A stretch of 64,000 nucleotides of DNA from Bacteroidota bacterium. GTDB lineage: Bacteria; Bacteroidota; Bacteroidia; Flavobacteriales_F; PHOS-HE28. The position numbers were made by a program, and so were the translations under genes. The stretch is from assembly GCA_029573495.1 (NCBI GenBank), contig JAKQEI010000104.1:15078-79077 (forward strand), given 5' to 3'. Below the pieces are notes generated by a model. That model saw only the letters and a program-made list of their open reading frames with translations. It was not told where the DNA came from and ran no database searches. Shown here in pieces: positions 57,044 through 64,000 of this stretch (positions are counted from its first letter, which is position 1; the number at the start of each line of letters is the position of its first letter).

Positions 57044-59470
57044 ATGTGGGCTTGGTTGGCCAATAGGGTATTGCGGAACCGGCTGGTGATCCTGATCGCC
57101 GTGGCCTTGTGCACCGTGTTCCTGGGGTACAAGGCCTCCAAGGTGGGGATGAACTACAAGCACGGTGGTCTCCTGCCGAAGACGGACAGTGCGTACGTGG
57201 AGTATGAGCGCTTCCTGCACACCTTCAGCGAGGACGGCAATGTGATCGTGGTCGGCACGGACGGCGGGGACCTTTACACACCGGTGAACTTCACCGCATG
57301 GTATGAGCTCGGCAATGACCTGCGAGGCATCAATGGCATCGACAGCATCTTCAGCGAGGCACACCTGTTCGAACTCGTACGTGATGACAGCTTGAAGCGC
57401 TTCATCGTGCACCGGGTGATGACGGAGCCGCCGGGTGATCAGGCCGGAATGGACTCGCTCCTGGGACGGATCCGTTCACTGCCCTTCTACAACGGGCTGT
57501 TGTACAACGAAAGCACCGGGGTGAGCCTGATGATGGTGTTCGTGAACGCACCGCTCTTCGACACCGATGCCCGAACGGAGGTGGTGAGGGCACTGGGTGA
57601 TCGGATCGATGCCTTCTCCGCAGCGACCGGCATCCGGACGCATGTGAGCGGCCTGCCCTGGATCCGGGTGAAGAGCACCCAGCTCGTGAAGGGCGAGATG
57701 CCCTTGTTCATGGGCCTCAGCCTCTTCGTCTGCGGACTCCTGCTGCTGTTGTTCTTCCGGAGCTGGCGGGTGATGTGGATCTCGCTCGGTGTGGTCGCCA
57801 TCAGTGTGATCTGGAGCTTCGGCGCCATGTCGCTCCTCGGGTACCGCATCACCATCCTGCAATCGGTGATCGCACCGCTGGTGATCGTGATGGGGGTGCC
57901 TAACTGTGTGTTCCTGATCAACGCCTACCACTACGAGTTCGTGCGGCATGGGAACAAGATCAAGTCGCTCCAGCGTGTGATCAGTCGCATCGGTGCGGCC
58001 GCATTCATGACCAATGCCACCACCGCGGTGGGCTTCACGACCTTCTGCTTCACGAGCAGCTCCACGCTGCAGGAATTCGGCTGGGTGGCCACGATCGGCA
58101 TCATGACCCTTTGGGTGTTGAGCATGCTGCTGATCCCGATCCTTTTCAGCTTCATGCCGGCGCCGAACCCACGCCACCTGAGCCACCTCGACCGGCACTG
58201 GCTCGACCGCGTGGTTGAATGGATCGTACGCATCTCCAAGGAGCAGCGGCCGTTGATCTATTCCGTGACCACCCTCTGCACCGTCGTCGCCATCATCGGC
58301 ATCCTGCGGATCAAGGATGAGAGCCGGATCGTGGACGACCTGCCCGAGGACAACCCAGTGCTCACGGACCTGCGCTTCTTCGAGTCCAACTTCAAGGGGG
58401 TCATGCCATTGGAGGTGGTCGTGGACACGAAGAAGAAGGGCGGCGCCCTGACCGACGCGACCTTGAAGCGGATCGTGAAGCTCGAGGACACCCTGTCCAC
58501 CTATCCGGAGTTCAGCAAGCCGATCAGCATCGCAGGCGCGGTGAAGTTCACGAAACAGGCGTTCTATGGTGGCAACCCGGACAAGTACGCACTGCTGACC
58601 AGCACGGACAAGACCTTCATCCTGCCCTATCTGGAGGGTGCCAGCGGCAAGGAGGGCATGGCGCGCGCCTTCATCGACAGCACCCGCAAGGTCACCCGGA
58701 TCACCGTGCAGATGGCCGACGTGGGCACCACCAGGATGGATGGCCTTCTTTCCGGTCTGCGTGCCCAGGTCGACAGCATCTTCGATCCGGCGAAGTATGT
58801 CGTCACGCTCACCGGCACTTCCGTTGTCTTCCTGAAGGGCAGCAGCTACCTGGTGAGCAACCTCATCATCAGCCTGTTCTGGGCGGTGGTGATCATCGTG
58901 TGCCTGATGGCACTCCTGTTCAATTCGTTCAGGATACTCGTCGTGGCGCTGATCCCGAACATGATCCCCTTGATCTTCACCGCAGGCCTCATGGGCTTCT
59001 TCCATATCCCGATCAAGCCGAGCACGATGCTCGTGTTCGGTATCGCGCTCGGGATCGCGGTGGACAACGCCATCCATTTCCTCGCGCGCTACCGGCTCGA
59101 ACTGAAGCTGACCGGCGGGGACCTGCAGAAGAGCGTGGACCTTGCCACTCGCGAGGTGAGCGTGGGCATCATCTACACCAGTGTCGTCCTGCTCGCCGGA
59201 TTCTCCCTCTTCTCCTTCTCGCACTTCGGTGGCATCCGGGCACTGGGTGTGCTCACCACCATCACACTGCTCGTGGCCATGCTTACCAATCTCCTGGTGC
59301 TTCCGGCCCTGTTGCTCAGCCTGAACAAGCATATCATGAGCAAGGCCTTCGAGGAACCCCTGCTGGAGATCATGGACGAGGAGGAGGACATCGAGTTGAT
59401 GGAACTGAAGCTGGACGTGCCAGCCTCGGCACCGGACGCGGCCGAAGGGGATGAGATGAACGAACGATAG
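57044..59470 (+). CDS. MMPL/RND family transporter
   Basis: Two repeats of TM, large loop and 5 TM; SGLP/TGTSV, IALGIAVDNAIHF, LPALL. Confidence 0.9.
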   Translation: MWAWLANRVLRNRLVILIAVALCTVFLGYKASKVGMNYKHGGLLPKTDSAYVEYERFLHTFSEDGNVIVVGTDGGDLYTPVNFTAWYELGNDLRGINGIDSIFSEAHLFELVRDDSLKRFIVHRVMTEPPGDQAGMDSLLGRIRSLPFYNGLLYNESTGVSLMMVFVNAPLFDTDARTEVVRALGDRIDAFSAATGIRTHVSGLPWIRVKSTQLVKGEMPLFMGLSLFVCGLLLLLFFRSWRVMWISLGVVAISVIWSFGAMSLLGYRITILQSVIAPLVIVMGVPNCVFLINAYHYEFVRHGNKIKSLQRVISRIGAAAFMTNATTAVGFTTFCFTSSSTLQEFGWVATIGIMTLWVLSMLLIPILFSFMPAPNPRHLSHLDRHWLDRVVEWIVRISKEQRPLIYSVTTLCTVVAIIGILRIKDESRIVDDLPEDNPVLTDLRFFESNFKGVMPLEVVVDTKKKGGALTDATLKRIVKLEDTLSTYPEFSKPISIAGAVKFTKQAFYGGNPDKYALLTSTDKTFILPYLEGASGKEGMARAFIDSTRKVTRITVQMADVGTTRMDGLLSGLRAQVDSIFDPAKYVVTLTGTSVVFLKGSSYLVSNLIISLFWAVVIIVCLMALLFNSFRILVVALIPNMIPLIFTAGLMGFFHIPIKPSTMLVFGIALGIAVDNAIHFLARYRLELKLTGGDLQKSVDLATREVSVGIIYTSVVLLAGFSLFSFSHFGGIRALGVLTTITLLVAMLTNLLVLPALLLSLNKHIMSKAFEEPLLEIMDEEEDIELMELKLDVPASAPDAAEGDEMNER

Positions 59471-59476
59471 TCGACG

Positions 59477-60340
59477 ATGAAAGGCATCATCCTTGCCGGG
59501 GGCTCCGGAACACGCCTGCATCCGCTCACGCTCGCGGTGAGCAAGCAGTTGATGCCGGTCTACGACAAGCCGATGATCTACTACCCGCTCAGCACGCTGA
59601 TGGCGGCTGGCATCCGGGAGATCCTGATCATCAGCACACCGCACGACCTGCCGAGCTTCCGGAAGCTGCTCGGGGACGGCTCCTCGCTCGGCTGTGCGTT
59701 CACCTATGCCGAACAGGTGGTCCCCAACGGACTGGCGCAGGCCTTCGTCATCGGGCGTGAGCATGTGGGTACGGACAGTTCCGCGCTGATCCTGGGCGAC
59801 AACATCTTCTATGGAACAGGACTGGGTCGGAAGTTGAGCGAGCACACCGCACCGGACGGAGGCCTGGTGTTCGCTTATCACGTGAGCGATCCGGAACGGT
59901 ACGGTGTGGTGGAATTCAATGCGGAGAACCGGGTCATCAGCATCGAGGAGAAACCGTTGAAGCCCAAGAGCAATTTCGCGGTACCCGGGCTCTACTTCTA
60001 CGACAACGATGTGCTCGACATCGCGCGAGACCTGAAGCCGAGCGCCCGCGGGGAATACGAGATCACCGACGTGAACAAGGAGTACCTGCGGATGGGGCGC
60101 TTGAAAGTGGAGATCCTGGACCGCGGCACGGCCTGGCTGGACACGGGCACCTTCGCCTCGCTTACCCAGGCAGGACAGTTCGTGCAGGTGATCGAGGAAC
60201 GTCAGGGACTTCGCATCGGCTGCATCGAGGAGGTGGCCTACAAGAAGGGCTTCATCGATGCGGGACAGCTCGAGACGCTCGCCCAACCCTTGTTGAAGAG
60301 CGGTTATGGGGAGTACCTGCTGAAGCTTCTTCGTTCCTGA
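59477..60340 (+). CDS. rfbA: Glucose-1-phosphate thymidylyltransferase
   Basis: [52 protein letters not shown]. Confidence 0.98.
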   Translation: MKGIILAGGSGTRLHPLTLAVSKQLMPVYDKPMIYYPLSTLMAAGIREILIISTPHDLPSFRKLLGDGSSLGCAFTYAEQVVPNGLAQAFVIGREHVGTDSSALILGDNIFYGTGLGRKLSEHTAPDGGLVFAYHVSDPERYGVVEFNAENRVISIEEKPLKPKSNFAVPGLYFYDNDVLDIARDLKPSARGEYEITDVNKEYLRMGRLKVEILDRGTAWLDTGTFASLTQAGQFVQVIEERQGLRIGCIEEVAYKKGFIDAGQLETLAQPLLKSGYGEYLLKLLRS

Positions 60341-61284
60341 TGAGCGCGTACAGGGCGTTGTTCGACGCGCATGTGGAGCGCTGGTCCGCGGAACTGCCTC
60401 CTGGCGATCTCTATGCGCCCATGGCCTACCTGCTCGCATTGCCGGCCAAACGGGTCAGACCGGTGCTCACGCTCATGGCCTGTGACCTGTTCGGCGGGGA
60501 TCCGCGAACTGCGTTGGACCAGGCGCTGGCGATAGAGCTCTTCCACAACTTCACCCTGATGCACGATGACATCATGGATGCGGCGGTCTTGCGCAGGGGC
60601 CGACCCACCGTGCACGCGCATTGGAACGTGAACACCGCCATCCTCAGCGGCGATGCGATGCTGGTGATGGCCTATTCCGTGCTTGGAGCCGATCCCATTG
60701 TCCTGGAGGTCTTCAACAAGCATGCGCTGGAGGTCTGTGCGGGACAGCAGCTCGACATGGAATTCGAACGACGTACGGATGTCAGTCTTGGGGAGTACAA
60801 GGAGATGATCCGTTTGAAGACGGCGGTGCTTCTGGCGGCCGCACTGCGCATCGGTGCCATCAAGGCCGGGGCAGGTCGGGCGGATCAAGAAAGGATCGCG
60901 GCGTTCGGTGAGGGTGTCGGACTGGCCTTCCAATTGCGTGATGACCTCCTTGATGCGTTCGGTGAAACGGCCATGACCGGCAAGGAGCAGGGGGGGGATC
61001 TACGGAACGGGAAGAAGACCTGGCTGCTCATCCGCGGACTCGAGGTGGAACGCGAACGCGGATCGACAACCCTGCACGACCAACTCGCCCGGGACCCATC
61101 CGAACGGGATGTTGCGGTCATGATCACTGCGCTGCGCGATCTGGGGGTGGAGCAGGAAGCCCAGCAGGAGGTGCAACGCCTCGCCGGGACCGCGCTCGAT
61201 GAACTGGAGCACATCGATCCCATTGGTGAGCGTTCGGCTGCCTTGCGTGCGCTGGCCGTCTCCTTGGTCGAACGGACCGCTTGA
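60340..61284 (+). CDS. Polyprenyl synthetase (GGPP synthase-like)
   Basis: KRVRP, FTLMHDDIMD...RRG, GQQLDM, KTA, FQLRDDLLD, GKKT. Confidence 0.92.
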   Translation: MSAYRALFDAHVERWSAELPPGDLYAPMAYLLALPAKRVRPVLTLMACDLFGGDPRTALDQALAIELFHNFTLMHDDIMDAAVLRRGRPTVHAHWNVNTAILSGDAMLVMAYSVLGADPIVLEVFNKHALEVCAGQQLDMEFERRTDVSLGEYKEMIRLKTAVLLAAALRIGAIKAGAGRADQERIAAFGEGVGLAFQLRDDLLDAFGETAMTGKEQGGDLRNGKKTWLLIRGLEVERERGSTTLHDQLARDPSERDVAVMITALRDLGVEQEAQQEVQRLAGTALDELEHIDPIGERSAALRALAVSLVERTA

Positions 61285-61310
61285 CCGGTACCGGGACCGA
61301 TGCCCATCCA

Positions 61311-62225
61311 TCACCTGGACCGGTCCGGCAGGAGCAGGTCGTGCAAGGCTGGTTCCAATACGCCGAACTTGAATTCGAAGCCCGTCCTGGCCAATAGTTC
61401 GCTGGACGTTCGTGAACCCTTCAACAGGATGGAGGCCATCTCTCCGAACAGGAGACGCAGTGCGAAGCCGGGAACACGGGGCATGAAGTAGGGCTTGTTC
61501 CTCACAAGCGCGATCGTACGCATCAGATCATCGTTGGTGACATCATGGGAGGCACACACGTTGTATGCTCCGCGCATGTCCGGGCTGAACAAAGCGGCGA
61601 CATAGGCTTCCACCAGGTCATCAAGGTGTACCCAGGGCACCCATTGGCGTCCGCTACCCAACGCCGATGCGATGCCCAGGTCGACCACGGGCAGCAGCCT
61701 GGTCATGGCTCCACCGTTGCGGGCCAGGACCATCGGCGTTCGCAACTTGACCACGCGTGTCAGCCCGTTCCATTCGTCGACCGCCCGCTCCCATTCCGCG
61801 CTGATCCGTGCGATGGTGTCGTTCCCTGGTGGGTCAGCCTCCACATACCGATGCTCCGAGGTGATGGCACCGTAGTACCCGATACCAGCGGCGCTCACGA
61901 AGGCGTCCAGCGATGCCGACCGGTCCAAGGCTGTGCGGAGCAGCAGGCGAGACGAGTACGTACGGCTGTCGATGAGCTCCTGCACGCGCGTTGAGCTCCA
62001 GCGTTGGTCGGCGATACCGGCTCCCGCCAGATGGACCACGTGCGTCACACCATCCAAACAGCGTTGGTCGAGCCAGCCCTTCCCGATATCCCAGCCGAAG
62101 GACCGAGGATCGGCCGGATCCGGACTTCTTCCCAGCCGATGGACCAGATGACCATCGGCCGTTAACCGCCGATCCAATGCGGTGCCGATGAGGCCTGAAG
62201 CTCCTGTGATCAATACGGTGGCCAT
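61311..62225 (-). CDS. TIGR01777 family NAD-dependent epimerase/oxidoreductase
   Basis: ITGASGLIG, HLAGAGI, SR, GSGRQWVPWVHLDDL, LFGEMA. Confidence 0.92.
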   Translation of the reverse strand: MATVLITGASGLIGTALDRRLTADGHLVHRLGRSPDPADPRSFGWDIGKGWLDQRCLDGVTHVVHLAGAGIADQRWSSTRVQELIDSRTYSSRLLLRTALDRSASLDAFVSAAGIGYYGAITSEHRYVEADPPGNDTIARISAEWERAVDEWNGLTRVVKLRTPMVLARNGGAMTRLLPVVDLGIASALGSGRQWVPWVHLDDLVEAYVAALFSPDMRGAYNVCASHDVTNDDLMRTIALVRNKPYFMPRVPGFALRLLFGEMASILLKGSRTSSELLARTGFEFKFGVLEPALHDLLLPDRSR

Positions 62226-62242
62226 CCTTGCTCTCTTTGGAC

Positions 62243-62266
62243 AACGAAGGAATGGGCCCGTGGTTC
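62243..62266 (-). promoter_or_regulatory. Putative ECF sigma promoter
   Basis: Minus strand GAAC-N16-CGTT, 17 nt before the start codon. Confidence 0.45.
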
Positions 62267-62299
62267 ACCCCGCACCGGTCTTAACAAGGATCGGCAGGA

Positions 62300-63970
62300 T
62301 CAAGGCAGCACGATATGCATCACGTGAAGCGCCCCATCGGTGCTCCGGAGCTCGATGATCGTGACTCCTTGATGCGTAGGTGGAACGTCGACCGCGACGA
62401 AATCGGCGCCGTTCGATCGGAAGGTCCCGGCCTTCACGATGCGACCATCGGCACTGATGACCCGCAGGTCCGCGCGCATGGCGGTCGAACGTATCCAGAT
62501 GCGATGGGGGTCGGAAGGATCCTGATACAAGGAGGGCCCCTTCGCTCCGTTGGACATCAGTCCTGCGGTGAGGCATTCCGGGTCGGAAGCAGGCGCCAGA
62601 ACGACCGACAATACCGCGGATGCCGCACAGGGCGGCGCACCGACGGTATACGTGTGGATGCCGGTGAGCGAGGTTCCTGGAACGAACACACCGTCCGTCG
62701 GGTTCCCCTGCGGGTCGATCCATTGGCCACCCATCACCGGAGTACCACCGAGCTGCTCGAAGAGGTCGATGGCCGGACCGTTCTCGCAAATACTGATGGC
62801 GGCATCCTCGCCGGCACTCTGGGCGCTGCTCACCTCCACCGTGAAATGATAGACGCGCGTTGCGATGACCGGACATCCATTGTCCCTGGCACGTATCCAG
62901 AACGAGTAGGTGCCGGGTGCCAGCCCTTCCGAGCACAGTTCCAGGTCCACCGGGTTCGTGCCGCTGAGCGTGTGATCCACACTGGGCAGGATGCTGTCGA
63001 TGTTCGAGGTAAGGTCCAGTTCCTGCACATCGTCAGGGTCGCTGATGGTGATCGTCGCACAGAAAGGCCCATCACCACATACCGCGATCGATCGGTCGGC
63101 AGCGATGCTCGCGGTCCCGGAAGTGGATGAGACGATCCCACTTTCCTCGGCAGGGGGTTGGTTCGAACAGGGTACGACGTTGAACACCATGTCGCGCATG
63201 ATGCTTCCGACGACCGCACCGTCAGCATCCTGTTCCGTCACCTTCACAACGACCACGAAGGAGGCGGACGCCGTTGGTGTGAATTCGATCAACCCCGACC
63301 CCGGATCCAGGGTCATTCCATTGTACGGTTCAGCACCGGAGTAACCGGTGTTGTACTGCACGGGCAGGGGGGTGGGGCTGCCGAAACGTGCAGCGATGAG
63401 CTCGTAGACCATTTGGTGACCATCCGGTTCATAGGCACCAGCATCGAAGGAGACCGGCTGCCCGGCACAGAAGGTCGGGATGCGGTCGTTGATGAAGACA
63501 GGTGCCGTATGGCAAGCACCCGTCGGATTGTTCAAGGTCGTCTCGACGTAAATGCCCGGGCCGCCCATCAGGTTCAGGCTTGAGTTCCGGCAGCACAGGT
63601 ACCAGCTGATGTTCCAACCGGTGCATGGGCTCAGATAGACGGTCGTGCGATAGGTGTTCAGCTCATAGCCCAACAGGCCGCCTCCATTGCAGGTGGTGTT
63701 CTGCAGTTCGCTCGGGCAGATCGAGGATGCATCGACAACGCTCACCGGCTGCATGCCTGTCGTGCTGAATTCCACGCCGCATTCGTTCCGGAAGTAAAGC
63801 GTCTGTCCAGCGAATGGGTCCCCTCCGCAGTCACGGAACAGTTGCAGGGTGACCTCGTGGAAGTTGTTGCCAACGCAACGTGTGAAGATGGTACCGCCGG
63901 CGTAGTGATTGGCACTACCCGAGGTGAGGGCTAAACCCAGGACGATGGCCGAGACGAGGCGTGGACACAT
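62300..63970 (-). CDS. Secreted Cys-rich beta-sandwich protein with a probable degenerate T9SS sorting domain
   Basis: Signal peptide; HYAGG...LFRDC, CCRN, DPDD and DNGCP motifs typical of Bacteroidota surface proteins; C-terminal ADGRIV...GVTIIEL. Confidence 0.75.
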   Translation of the reverse strand: MCPRLVSAIVLGLALTSGSANHYAGGTIFTRCVGNNFHEVTLQLFRDCGGDPFAGQTLYFRNECGVEFSTTGMQPVSVVDASSICPSELQNTTCNGGGLLGYELNTYRTTVYLSPCTGWNISWYLCCRNSSLNLMGGPGIYVETTLNNPTGACHTAPVFINDRIPTFCAGQPVSFDAGAYEPDGHQMVYELIAARFGSPTPLPVQYNTGYSGAEPYNGMTLDPGSGLIEFTPTASASFVVVVKVTEQDADGAVVGSIMRDMVFNVVPCSNQPPAEESGIVSSTSGTASIAADRSIAVCGDGPFCATITISDPDDVQELDLTSNIDSILPSVDHTLSGTNPVDLELCSEGLAPGTYSFWIRARDNGCPVIATRVYHFTVEVSSAQSAGEDAAISICENGPAIDLFEQLGGTPVMGGQWIDPQGNPTDGVFVPGTSLTGIHTYTVGAPPCAASAVLSVVLAPASDPECLTAGLMSNGAKGPSLYQDPSDPHRIWIRSTAMRADLRVISADGRIVKAGTFRSNGADFVAVDVPPTHQGVTIIELRSTDGALHVMHIVLP

Positions 63971-64000
63971 GGTGTGGCGATGGTACCGCGTGAAGATAGC

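Noticed and set aside
59477-60340. rfbA as a marker of a polysaccharide locus
   Set aside because: No rfbBCD, wzx/wzy or glycosyltransferase cluster is adjacent.
57476-60439. 987-aa minus-strand ORF, and similarly 769-2451, 16826-18064 and 40725-42083
   Set aside because: Antisense shadows of well-supported genes (MMPL/rfbA, polA, gdhA, hflX).

Overview
A GC-rich, gene-dense chromosomal segment, almost certainly from a Bacteroidota (Flavobacteriales-like) bacterium. Support for this: T9SS C-terminal sorting domains, TAnnTT(T/C)G -7 promoter boxes close to start codons, and the yicC-gmk-nadD and rplM-rpsI-rpsB-tsf-pyrH-frr gene orders. I call about 64 CDSs, mostly housekeeping (5'-truncated polA, recJ, gdhA, dprA, kdsB, dusB, rbfA, hflX, trpS, kbl, rfbA and others), plus several envelope or secreted proteins and one tRNA-Ser(GGA). 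I see no integrase, transposase, prophage, CRISPR array or rRNA. The least explained signals are non-coding. (1) A tandem 163-bp-period, highly structured repeat hangs off the tRNA-Ser 3' end and re-creates the tRNA's last 16 nt. (2) A dispersed family of 8-bp-period CATGnnnn arrays sits at gene boundaries, including a perfect 32-bp palindrome that spans two convergent stop codons. (3) There is a structured rpsB leader and a REP-like palindrome. Protein oddities include a CPBP protease homologue lacking both conserved His residues paired with a TylF-type methyltransferase, a signal-peptide-bearing DUF2024-like protein with CxxCH, a divergent HemJ and an orphan SiaB-like kinase. All family assignments come from motif recognition by eye, with no database search. 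Start codons were often trimmed from the ORF track by judgement.
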